A stretch of 64,000 bases of DNA, from assembly GCA_050302075.1 (NCBI GenBank), contig JBNLAH010000005.1, positions 1-64,000 on the forward strand, in the 5' to 3' direction. Position numbers and translations under genes: made by a program. Below the pieces are notes generated by a model, which was not told the origin of the DNA, did no database searches, and worked only from the letters and a program-made list of their open reading frames with translations. This document shows positions 38,645 through 47,882 of this stretch, piece after piece. Source of the stretch: Parachlamydiales bacterium. GTDB taxonomy: Bacteria > Chlamydiota > Chlamydiia > Chlamydiales > SM23-39. Position 1 is the first letter of the stretch, and the number at the start of each line of letters is the position of its first letter.

Positions 38645-39400
38645 TTAAATTAATAAAATGTTAATCCCATTTTGATAGCAGACTGTAATATTTTTTCTTT
38701 CTAAATTTTTGAATTGAATTTCACCTTTTATGAAATCAACTAAGCGGCAGTAAGATTTGTGGTTTGCAGCATAAATTTTTCTTCCGTCTGAGATTGTGCT
38801 AAGTTTTTGGGCCAAGCCATCTTCCATTCCAGTATAGCATGAGTCTAGAAATATTTTAGCTTCTTTGTGCAGGAGGTTAAAATTACTAGTAGTAAAATTT
38901 TTAAATTGAAGGTTTTCCCTGCTGTTTAGTTTAAGGCTGTTTTTTTTACCATGTCCCTGAATCCAAAGGCAGTCAATAGGCCCATATAGTTTATTGAAAT
39001 CATAAATAGCATTTTTTAATTGTTTGACGCTAGCGGGTCTAGCTAAAAAGAGGTTAAAGTCTTTTTGAACCTTTTCATAAGTTCTTTTACACGCCTTATG
39101 CGAAAATGCATTGTTATGATCTACGGAAGGGTAAATTATAAGCGCCATTTTTTTTGTTTTATCTGCGGTGTGTTTTAATTCAGTCGCTGCAAATCCCTGC
39201 TTCTTATCACTATATAGGTATAAAAATCGTTCTTTGGTGTCTTGGTTTCTTATAAAAGAATTTGTATCTTCTACTTGTGGATGCGTAAAAAAAAGGAAGT
39301 TAGGAATTTCTGTTGAAAAAAGAATTTGTGGTTTTATTAATAAAATAAAATTTAGTGATAATAAAAATATTATTAACTTTTTAGTTAGTTTCTTTTTCAT
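38645..39400 (-). CDS. Exported protein with putative clan-CD (caspase-like/DUF4347-like) peptidase motifs
   Basis: Basic-then-hydrophobic N-terminus; LWIQGHG (His150) and IFLDSC (Cys188). Confidence 0.55.
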   Translation of the reverse strand: MKKKLTKKLIIFLLSLNFILLIKPQILFSTEIPNFLFFTHPQVEDTNSFIRNQDTKERFLYLYSDKKQGFAATELKHTADKTKKMALIIYPSVDHNNAFSHKACKRTYEKVQKDFNLFLARPASVKQLKNAIYDFNKLYGPIDCLWIQGHGKKNSLKLNSRENLQFKNFTTSNFNLLHKEAKIFLDSCYTGMEDGLAQKLSTISDGRKIYAANHKSYCRLVDFIKGEIQFKNLERKNITVCYQNGINILLI

Positions 39401-39677
39401 AGATATATATTTTAAATAAAAACATCAGAATTTATTCGCTTTTGTAATAAATATCAATTGCAAGACTGTTTTAGTAGATTTTAAGATTGGAATTTTGAAG
39501 TTTAAATTAATTCTTACAACTAAAGCTCCCTTAGATTGTGAAATTTTTTTTAGTGTAGGATATTTATAAATTAAATATGGGCCTTTTTAATAATATTAAA
39601 ATTCAATATTTCAAATTAAATTGATATTAATATCAAATTAATTTAACATTAATGCAATTTTAAAAAATGAGTGGACA

Positions 39678-40376
39678 TTGTCTAGTTGCAGTCAAAAATA
39701 TATTTATAAGCTGAAAAATATTTTTTTTAATTATAAATTAGGTTCTCTTGAGGTTAACGCAATAAATGGTATTACATTAAATATTCCAGGCAGAGCGTTA
39801 GTAACTTTATCAGGACCATCAGGATCAGGCAAATCAACATTAAGTAATTTATTAGGATTAATAGAGCCTCTTCAAAAAGGCGAGATGCTGTTTAATGGTG
39901 AAGATCTAAATAAGATTTCAGATGCTAGAAAGAATGAAATTAGAAAGCGTGAAATAGGCTTTATTTTTCAACAATTTCATCTGATACCTGTTCTTAGCGC
40001 TGAAGAGAATGTTGCTTACTTTTTAAAAAGACTAAAACTTCCCAAAGAAGAGATAGAAAAAAGAACAAAAGAAACCCTTGAAGCTGTTGGACTTTTTGAA
40101 CACCGGATGAAAAAACCTTCTGAGTTAAGTGGGGGGCAAAAGCAGCGAGTTGCAATAGCAAGAGCAATTGCCAAAAATCCTAGCTTGATCATAGCAGATG
40201 AGCCTACTGCCAGTTTAGACCAGAAAACAGGTAGGGAGATCATGGAGATATTTAAAAAACTAGTTAAAGAAAAGCATGTGACAATCATTATAACTTCCCA
40301 TGATCCCATGGTATTGTCTTATGCAGAGCATCAGTTTTGTATCAAAGACGGAAAGCTAGAAGGGGAGAGGGAATGA
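39678..40376 (+). CDS. ABC transporter ATP-binding subunit (LolD/MacB-like)
   Basis: GPSGSGKST, GFIFQQFHL, LSGGQKQRVAIARA, ADEPT and SHD. Confidence 0.95.
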   Translation: MSSCSQKYIYKLKNIFFNYKLGSLEVNAINGITLNIPGRALVTLSGPSGSGKSTLSNLLGLIEPLQKGEMLFNGEDLNKISDARKNEIRKREIGFIFQQFHLIPVLSAEENVAYFLKRLKLPKEEIEKRTKETLEAVGLFEHRMKKPSELSGGQKQRVAIARAIAKNPSLIIADEPTASLDQKTGREIMEIFKKLVKEKHVTIIITSHDPMVLSYAEHQFCIKDGKLEGERE

Positions 40377-41578
40377 TCTTACACTTATCATTTAGGAACC
40401 TTTTTCGAAATGCCAGAAGAACTATAGCTGTTTTGCTGACTGTTGCATTAGGAGCAGGAGCTTTATTCTCATTTAAAGGTTTTATTAACGGTATTTTAGA
40501 TGACTATAGAGAGAACACAGTGCATGCACATTATGGGCATGGACAAATTAACACAATTGGGTATAGAGATACTGTATATGAAAAACCTTGGAGATATTGG
40601 ATTAAAAATTCAAAGTCTTTGCAGTCTTATTTATCAGATAAAGAAGAAGTAAGTAACGTATTTCCTCGCATCACATTTTCAGGTCTTTTGAAGAAAGGTA
40701 ACTTAAGTATTGGTGGGCAGGGAGAAGGGATAATAGCTAAAGATGAGGCTGAGTTTTTTCACAGCTTAAATATTGAAGCTGGAAAGCCATTGGAAAATGA
40801 AAAAAATGGGATTGTATTAGGTAAGGGGTTGGCGAAAGCTTTAAAGGCTAAACCTGGAGATTCTTTGACTATCTATGTCAACTCTTCCAACGGTGATATA
40901 AATGATGCAAAATTCAAGGTGACAGGTATTTTTTGTACAGGTTCACAGGATTTTGATAATCGGATGTTTAGGATCCAGCTTAAGGCAGCGCAAAGTCTTA
41001 TGAAAACATCATCAATTGAAAGTATCTCAATTGGTTTGAAGGACCATAATGAATGGGATAAGTTTGCAGCAAGCTTTGCAAAAGATTATCCTAAGTTAGA
41101 GGCTACACCTTTTAATATCCTAGATAAAGTTTACTACCAACATTCGGTTGATTGGTTGAATACCCAGTTTGCTGTGGTGCAGGCGATTATTATTGGAATA
41201 GTACTTTTAGGTATTTTTAATACTATATCTTCTTCAATTCTAGAGAGGAAGCAAGAAATTGGAAACCTAAGAGCGAATGGTGAGTCTATTTTTGATGTAA
41301 TGAAACTAATTGTGACAGAAGGGACTTTAATGGGGCTTTTTGGCACTTTATTTGGTATTGGATTTTCATACTTTGTCTTGATGACATTTTTACACCATGG
41401 AATCAAACTTCCTCCGGGCCCTGGGCTTACAAATGAAATGTTCATTTCCTTTAAGTTCAATTGGAAGATATTTGCTGAAGTTTTTAGTGTAAACTTTATC
41501 GTAGTTGTAATAGCTGCATCGCTAGCTGGCATCAAAGTAGCAAGGATGTCTATAGCAAAAGCTTTAAGGTCACATTAA
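40373..41578 (+). CDS. ABC transporter permease (FtsX/MacB/LolE-like)
   Basis: RNLFRNARRT followed by a TM helix, a large periplasmic loop, ERKQEIGNLRANG and three TM helices. The ATG at 40373 overlaps the ATPase TGA (ATGA). Confidence 0.9.
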   Translation: MILHLSFRNLFRNARRTIAVLLTVALGAGALFSFKGFINGILDDYRENTVHAHYGHGQINTIGYRDTVYEKPWRYWIKNSKSLQSYLSDKEEVSNVFPRITFSGLLKKGNLSIGGQGEGIIAKDEAEFFHSLNIEAGKPLENEKNGIVLGKGLAKALKAKPGDSLTIYVNSSNGDINDAKFKVTGIFCTGSQDFDNRMFRIQLKAAQSLMKTSSIESISIGLKDHNEWDKFAASFAKDYPKLEATPFNILDKVYYQHSVDWLNTQFAVVQAIIIGIVLLGIFNTISSSILERKQEIGNLRANGESIFDVMKLIVTEGTLMGLFGTLFGIGFSYFVLMTFLHHGIKLPPGPGLTNEMFISFKFNWKIFAEVFSVNFIVVVIAASLAGIKVARMSIAKALRSH

Positions 41579-42810
41579 ACAGTTATTTCAGAAAATAGTG
41601 CATAATGATCTGACAAAGCTTCATTTAAATGTTCTATGTCAAAGGTTTTGATTCTAGAGGTCTTCATGTTATGCTTTTCACGGGATTTTAAAAGAAGCAT
41701 GTAATCAAGATACTCTGGTTTTTGATCTGTGTTTTTGATCCCCAATCTTTGGTTTGTAAAATCGAAAGAGGTTAGGTTGTTTTGCTCTACCTTCAGATTG
41801 TTGATGTCTATGTTGTCTTCGAAATAAGTGTTTATCCATTTTTTTGCTTCGCTAGGTGGGAGGTTTAAATCCCCACATAGAATAACAGGAAGATTATTTA
41901 AGTTTTTATCATTCATGAGAGCAACTGTTTGAGAAAGCTCTTGCTCTCTTAGCTTTTTCCCGGCGTCGAAAGGCTCTAAATGCGTTGTAAAAACAGAGCC
42001 TAGAGTTGCTCCGTTTTCTCTTGCAATGTCAAATGAAAAAACTCCTCTATTTATATGAGGGTTGTCATTTTCAAAAGGGGTGAAAACCGGGTTTTTGATA
42101 GGGCGTTTGCTAGCTACAAAAAGACCGCTTTTAAAACCTAAAGAAGATAACGAGCCATTGAAATGCCAAGGGCCGATATGAGTGTAAAAGTAAGTATATT
42201 TGGTTTTTAACTTATCATAAAGTGCGTCATGGGCTTCGGGGTCAAACATTTCTTGAAGACAAATGACATCTGCATCTTGCTTGTCTATAAATTTAGCAAT
42301 GCGATCAATTCTGTCTTTCCATGGGAGCATACCTCCAAAAAATATAGGCATATGATCAGGGGTAAAGCAAACGTTAAAGCTTAAAATAGAAAAAGAGGTT
42401 TCTTTGGGATATTTTTTTAACGAAAGACCTTCTTGGTAGTTAAAATATTTATTGTTAATAGTCCGGTTTAGTTCAGGGTTTTCTTTTAGACTGAGCAATG
42501 CAGCTTTTCTAGCAAGCTTCCAAAATCCATACATTCCTTGTCTGATCAATAGAGGGTCTTTGCTGATCGTATCTATTGACTTAAAGATTGCTAAACGGCT
42601 GCTTAAGAAAGGTCCTATTTTTTGTTTAGTAGCAAATCGATAGTCTTCGTTAAGTTGCTCTATTGTAGAATGAATGTATTTATTAAGTTGTCTTTGGTTG
42701 AAAGTTAGGGAAAGATTTTGATTTAAATTATCTTTTACCAAAGGCTTTCCATTTAGTAGATTAAAACTTAGCAAGGTAATTAATAATAAATAAAAAATTC
42801 TAAATTTCAT
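41575..42810 (-). CDS. Exported endonuclease/exonuclease/phosphatase (EEP) hydrolase, sphingomyelinase-like
   Basis: Signal peptide; SFNV, DVICLQE, SGLFVASK, TTHL, CGDLN, LDYM and LSDHY. Confidence 0.8.
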   Translation of the reverse strand: MKFRIFYLLLITLLSFNLLNGKPLVKDNLNQNLSLTFNQRQLNKYIHSTIEQLNEDYRFATKQKIGPFLSSRLAIFKSIDTISKDPLLIRQGMYGFWKLARKAALLSLKENPELNRTINNKYFNYQEGLSLKKYPKETSFSILSFNVCFTPDHMPIFFGGMLPWKDRIDRIAKFIDKQDADVICLQEMFDPEAHDALYDKLKTKYTYFYTHIGPWHFNGSLSSLGFKSGLFVASKRPIKNPVFTPFENDNPHINRGVFSFDIARENGATLGSVFTTHLEPFDAGKKLREQELSQTVALMNDKNLNNLPVILCGDLNLPPSEAKKWINTYFEDNIDINNLKVEQNNLTSFDFTNQRLGIKNTDQKPEYLDYMLLLKSREKHNMKTSRIKTFDIEHLNEALSDHYALFSEITV

Positions 42811-43148
42811 TAGTTGTGTTTTTTAATTAATTATATTTAATTTTAAATTAAAGCGGTTTAAAAAACTAGAGAATTGATATTAAGTTGTGGTATGATGAGT
42901 TCTTTTAATAATAACTAATAACGTTTATAGTATATTGTAAATGATTGTTTGAATTTCTTATAAAAAGTATTTACTGTTGTAGTGACTTAAATTTAATTTT
43001 GAAAAATTGAATTTGCTTTTTTGAGAAAAATAAAAAGGCGTTATTTTGAGAAGTCTTAATATATTAGTCTTTCACAGTTGATTTTCTTTTTATGAATCCA
43101 TATACTATTGATTGTTTTTTTGAATTTTAAAAACCTTTTAATTAGAGG

Positions 43149-44285
43149 ATGTTAATGCCGTTGCTAGAGGATATCAAACAAAGTTCTTCGTTAGAGATCT
43201 TGAATAAGTTAAGAAAGATGTCTTCCGAACTTCTATTCGAAAAAATTGATGTTAAAGGATATGAGCTTGTATTGAAAATATCACACAAGAACTCTTCGCT
43301 CCAAAGTATTGTTGCTATTCATAATACAACACTTGGGCCTGCTCTTGGGGGCATTAGAATTTATCCATACGCCCGTTTTGAAGATGCTCTTAATGATGTT
43401 TTGAGGCTTTCAAAGGGGATGACTTATAAAGCTGCTTTAGCTGGAGTTGGTTTAGGAGGTGGAAAAAGCGTAATTATTTGTGATCCAAAAAATAAAAGTG
43501 ACGCTCTTTTAGAGTCATTTAGCAAGGCAATAAATTCTCTTCAGGGTGCTTATATTGGAGCTGAAGACTCTGGAAGTTCCGTACAAGATATCAAAAAAAT
43601 CCGGCAGAAAACTCCTTACGTTGTAGGTCAAGTTACCGATCCTTCTCCATTTACTGCATGGGGGACTTTTTTAGGTATTCAATCAGCTGCTAAAAAAGTA
43701 TATGGGTCAAAAAGTTTGCTTGGTAAGAAAGTTGCAATTCAAGGGCTAGGGCATGTAGGACTTTCTTTAGCTGAATACCTTTTTTGGGCTGGGGCCGATT
43801 TAATTGTATCTGATATCAATAAAGATAAAACCGATTTGGTTGCGTCTAAATATAAAGCAAAAGTGGTTCCAGTAGATAAAATAATGGGAACTAATTGTGA
43901 TATATTTTCTCCATGTGCGCTTGGTGGAATTTTGAATGATGATACTATTGGTAGTTTGAAGTGTAAAATTGTAGCAGGTGGAGCTAATAACCAGCTTTTT
44001 AGAAGTGAGCATGCAGATCTATTAAAAAATCGAAAAATTTTATACGCTCCTGATTTTGTCATCAATTCAGCTGGCCTGATCACCGTTGCAACGGAGCTTA
44101 CCGATAGTGGTTTTGATCCAAAGTTAGCTAGGGATAACCTATATACAATTTATGATAGGTTAATGGCAATTTATGAAATTGCAGAAAAAAATGATATATC
44201 TACTCATGCTGCAGCTATATCACTGGCAGAATACAGTATAAATTATGAGATAAACAAGCGTGTAATACCGCCTGTTTTTCATTAA
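43149..44285 (+). CDS. ldh: Leucine (Glu/Leu/Phe/Val) dehydrogenase
   Basis: GPALGGIR, LSKGMTYK, GGGKSV, QGLGHVG, PCALGG, GGANNQL and YAPDFVINS. Confidence 0.9.
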   Translation: MLMPLLEDIKQSSSLEILNKLRKMSSELLFEKIDVKGYELVLKISHKNSSLQSIVAIHNTTLGPALGGIRIYPYARFEDALNDVLRLSKGMTYKAALAGVGLGGGKSVIICDPKNKSDALLESFSKAINSLQGAYIGAEDSGSSVQDIKKIRQKTPYVVGQVTDPSPFTAWGTFLGIQSAAKKVYGSKSLLGKKVAIQGLGHVGLSLAEYLFWAGADLIVSDINKDKTDLVASKYKAKVVPVDKIMGTNCDIFSPCALGGILNDDTIGSLKCKIVAGGANNQLFRSEHADLLKNRKILYAPDFVINSAGLITVATELTDSGFDPKLARDNLYTIYDRLMAIYEIAEKNDISTHAAAISLAEYSINYEINKRVIPPVFH

Positions 44286-44290
44286 AAAAG

Positions 44291-46063
44291 TTGTTGATTG
44301 TGCAATCTCTTATTTCATATTTAGAAAATAAAGTTGAAGCTGCTTTATCAAAAGCATTTAAAAATGAATTGTCTAATGAAGACAGGAAAGCCGATGTTGC
44401 AATTTGCATGCAACAAGAGCATGGTCATTATCAGTGTAATAATGCTTTGAAATTGGCAAAAAGATTTGGAAAGAACCCTCGCAAGGTAGCAGAAGAGATA
44501 GCTGCAAGTTTGGATCTTTTTTCTGATGTAGGTGAAAAAGTAATCGATCAAGTAAGTATTGCAGGTCCTGGATTTATAAATTTCACTTTAAACTCTGATT
44601 TTTTATCTCGAAGACTGCAAGGGCTTTTAAGTGAAAAAAATCTAGGGATTGAGCCTGTTAAAGAAAAAAAGAAAATTATAATCGAGTTTTCATCTCCAAA
44701 TATAGCAAAAGAACTTCACGTAGGTCATTTAAGATCTACTATTATAGGCGAGAGCTTGGCAAGGCTCTTTGAGTTCTTGGGGTATGATGTTTTAAGGCTT
44801 AACCATATCGGCGACTGGGGAACTCAGTTTGGGATGTTAATAGCATATCTTCGAGAGAATAAAGCTGGTGTTTTGGCTGGAAGCGAGACCGCTGATCTGT
44901 CAGAGCTCATGCAGTGGTATAAGGATGCGAAAAAACGATTTGACGAAGATACCTTTTTCAAGAAGCAGTCTCAACTCGAAGTTGTTCAACTTCAACAAGG
45001 TAAAACAGATTCTTTGCAAGCTTGGAAAATAATTTGTGATATTTCTAGGAAAGCTTTTCATGAAATATATGATTTGTTAGATGTTAACCTTGTTGAAAGA
45101 GGTGAGTCATTTTACAATCCTCAATTACTAGATCTAGTAAAATACCTGGAAGAAAAAAATATTGTTGAAATATCAGATGGTGCAAAATGTATCTATCCTT
45201 CGGGATTTACAAACCGAGAAGGAAAGCCTCTGCCTTTGATGATCCAAAAATCTGATGGAGGTTTTAACTATGACACCACTGATATGGCAGCACTAAAACA
45301 TCGCATTGATGTTGAAAAAGCAGATCGTATAATTGTTGTGGTTGATGCAGGGCAGTCTTTGCACTTTCAGTTAGTTTTTGCATCAGCTCAGATGGCAGGG
45401 TTTTATGACCCTAAAAAAGTTAAGGTTGACCATGTAGCTTTTGGTTTAGTTTTAGGGCCAGATGGGAAAAAATTCAAAACTAGAGCAGGAACAACTGAAA
45501 AACTAATAGATTTACTTTATGGCGCCGTAAGCCATGCAGAAAAAATTATCGATGAAAAACTACCAGATTTTCCTGCAGATGAAAAAAAAGAACTAGCAAA
45601 AGCAATTGGAATAAATGCAGTTAAATATGCAGATCTATCATGCCTTCGTACGAAAGATTATGTATTTAGTTATGAAAGGATGCTTCGTTTTGAAGGTAAT
45701 ACAGCAGTATTTCTTATGTATTCATATGTACGCATAATGGGTATCAAGAGAAAGTCTAAAGCAGACTTTGAAAAAGTCCAACAAAACCATGAAATTGACC
45801 TGAAGCATCCATCTGAAATATCCTTAGGGTACCATTTATTGCGTTTTCAAGAGGTTCTATTGTTAGTCGTCAGGGACCTGCTTCCGAATAGGTTGGCTGA
45901 TTATTTGTATGAACTAGCAGAGAAATTTAATGCATTTTTTAGAGACTGCAAAGTTATTGGTTCAGATAAGGAAAATGAAAGACTTCTTTTATGTGAAATC
46001 ACAGGAAATATTTTGAAGAAGGGCCTTCATATTTTGGGTATCAAGACAGTCGATAGGATGTAA
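44291..46063 (+). CDS. argS: Arginine--tRNA ligase
   Basis: SSPNIAKELHVGHLRS, HIGDWGTQFG, KFKTRAG and FEGNTA. Confidence 0.97.
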   Translation: MLIVQSLISYLENKVEAALSKAFKNELSNEDRKADVAICMQQEHGHYQCNNALKLAKRFGKNPRKVAEEIAASLDLFSDVGEKVIDQVSIAGPGFINFTLNSDFLSRRLQGLLSEKNLGIEPVKEKKKIIIEFSSPNIAKELHVGHLRSTIIGESLARLFEFLGYDVLRLNHIGDWGTQFGMLIAYLRENKAGVLAGSETADLSELMQWYKDAKKRFDEDTFFKKQSQLEVVQLQQGKTDSLQAWKIICDISRKAFHEIYDLLDVNLVERGESFYNPQLLDLVKYLEEKNIVEISDGAKCIYPSGFTNREGKPLPLMIQKSDGGFNYDTTDMAALKHRIDVEKADRIIVVVDAGQSLHFQLVFASAQMAGFYDPKKVKVDHVAFGLVLGPDGKKFKTRAGTTEKLIDLLYGAVSHAEKIIDEKLPDFPADEKKELAKAIGINAVKYADLSCLRTKDYVFSYERMLRFEGNTAVFLMYSYVRIMGIKRKSKADFEKVQQNHEIDLKHPSEISLGYHLLRFQEVLLLVVRDLLPNRLADYLYELAEKFNAFFRDCKVIGSDKENERLLLCEITGNILKKGLHILGIKTVDRM

Positions 46064-46094
46064 TGTGAACTACTCATCTAGTGAGAGTTCGCAT
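46063..46094. terminator. Hairpin between convergent argS and epmB
   Basis: ATGTGAACT-A-CTCA-TCTAG-TGAG-AGTTCGCAT; the U-tract is weak. Confidence 0.4.
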
Positions 46095-46103
46095 CTTTCA
46101 TGT

Positions 46104-47081
46104 TCAAACTATGGGAGTTTTACTAGTCCTGAAAGGAATTTCCCTCACATATTGAAAAACTCCATAGCCGGACACCTCTTCTCTTAACCTTTTAATCAGT
46201 TCAGTTCCTTTTTTTTCATCAACCTTAAAGTGTTTTGCCCCTTTGACCGGATCTAGATCATGTAAATAGTAGGGAATGATTCCACTATCAACAAGCTTTT
46301 CAGACAGCTTCTTCAAAATATCCAGCGAGTCATTTACGCCTTTTAACAAAACAGTTTGAGTTAAAATAGGGACTCCGAGTCTTTGGATCTTCTTTAGGTA
46401 ATGAACGATATCATCATCTAATTCCGTTGGATGATTAATATGAACTATAAAGAAAAGCTGTTTGCCAATATTTTGAAGTGATTTTAGTAAATATTCATCA
46501 ATTCTTTCTGGGATTCCGATTACAAAACGAGTGTGAAACCTTATTCGTTTGACATGCTTGATTTCATTAATTGAATTTAATAACGTGCGCAGTTCTAAAT
46601 TGCCAAGTGATAGAGGATCCCCACCACTCAAAATTACTTCATAAATTGAGGTGTCATTTTTTATAATGTCGAGTTCCTTTTGAAACTCAGCTATTTTTTT
46701 CTCATAGGGGAAGTTTTGCCTAAAGCAGTATCTGCAATGCATTGCGCAGGCGCTAGTACAAAGAAGTAGAGCTCTATGTTTATACTTTTTTAAGAGTTTT
46801 TCTGATTTGCAAAAGGCTGTGTCATTTACAGGATCTGCTAAAAAATTAGGATCTGTTATTTTCTCATCTTCGAAGGGGACAAACTGTTTTAAGATAGGAT
46901 CGTTGATAGATTTTTTTTTAATTTTCTTAGCAAGTCTAAGGGGGAGGTTTAATGGAAAAGAGGGTTTGCTTAAAATATTTTTTCTTAAGCTGGTATCAAA
47001 TTCCAAAAAATCCAGCAAATGATCTATCTTTGTAAAATTCTGCCTTTGGATTTTTCTCCAAGCATTTATGTGTTCCAACAA
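46104..47081 (-). CDS. epmB: KamA-family radical SAM protein (EF-P beta-lysylation EpmB-like)
   Basis: CAMHCRYCFR, EVILSGGDPL, RFHTR, HINHP, QTVLLKGVND and PYYLH; short 325-aa form. Confidence 0.8.
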   Translation of the reverse strand: MLEHINAWRKIQRQNFTKIDHLLDFLEFDTSLRKNILSKPSFPLNLPLRLAKKIKKKSINDPILKQFVPFEDEKITDPNFLADPVNDTAFCKSEKLLKKYKHRALLLCTSACAMHCRYCFRQNFPYEKKIAEFQKELDIIKNDTSIYEVILSGGDPLSLGNLELRTLLNSINEIKHVKRIRFHTRFVIGIPERIDEYLLKSLQNIGKQLFFIVHINHPTELDDDIVHYLKKIQRLGVPILTQTVLLKGVNDSLDILKKLSEKLVDSGIIPYYLHDLDPVKGAKHFKVDEKKGTELIKRLREEVSGYGVFQYVREIPFRTSKTPIV

Positions 47082-47159
47082 CTTTTTAAAACCTTTTTAA
47101 CTGAGCTTTAAAGATTATAATCAATTGGGGAAACTTTAAAAACCTTAAATTAACAAGTA

Positions 47160-47780
47160 TTAACTGTTGGGTTGATCATAATATGTATGTTGGAAACCGC
47201 TTATAGCTGCAAAGATATTGGTAATATGAAAAACTGCCCCCTTAGCGGCTTCAGCAGGATTTTCATACATGCGGTTATAACATCTTAGAATTCCATAAGA
47301 CGAATCTTTAACTACAGAAAAAGATGTCCATAATGCTAATGGAATTTTAATAAATGCCTTGTCTGCGAAAAACAGCTGTCCTATTAATAATGGAGTTCCT
47401 ATTACGGGATTTTCTATAGGGCCTGCTTTAAATATCTGAAGAAAAGAATTGAGCTTCATACTATATGACGACAATGTCCCAGATCCAATTATAGCTTTAG
47501 CAGCATTTGAAAATATAAATGATATGGCTATAATTTTATAGACAGAGTCATATAAAGGGGGCTCAGCTTCAGGTTCTATTATCTCTACTTTTGTTAATCT
47601 ATATAACTGCAAAAGATTTGCAACGCCAATGGCAATATTGGCTATGATCTGGAAGATGCTTTTGATTAAAATAAATGGACTTTTCGCGATTTTTACAATT
47701 AATCTATCTTTAGGTGAAATATTCTCCTCGATTTTATAGTAATCGAATGGATAATCTCTTGTAACTGTCTGTATTGCCAT
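47160..47780 (-). CDS. Hypothetical membrane-associated protein
   Basis: 206-aa ORF with several moderately hydrophobic helices; no family recognised. Confidence 0.6.
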   Translation of the reverse strand: MAIQTVTRDYPFDYYKIEENISPKDRLIVKIAKSPFILIKSIFQIIANIAIGVANLLQLYRLTKVEIIEPEAEPPLYDSVYKIIAISFIFSNAAKAIIGSGTLSSYSMKLNSFLQIFKAGPIENPVIGTPLLIGQLFFADKAFIKIPLALWTSFSVVKDSSYGILRCYNRMYENPAEAAKGAVFHITNIFAAISGFQHTYYDQPNS

Positions 47781-47882
47781 GTTTAAATTATATTTATTAT
47801 TTTAACAAATTAATTATAACAAAACTTTTAATAAAAGTATATTTAAAATTAAAACTTAACAATTGGTTAATTAAAAAGCTTG

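Noticed and set aside
40337..40372. Extended N-terminus of the ABC permease given in the ORF track
   Set aside because: It overlaps the ATPase gene. The ATG at 40373 has a G-rich RBS and an ATGA coupling.
42811..43148. AT-rich spacer as a replication origin or ncRNA
   Set aside because: I found no DnaA-box cluster, iterons or stable hairpin. It is compatible with divergent promoters.
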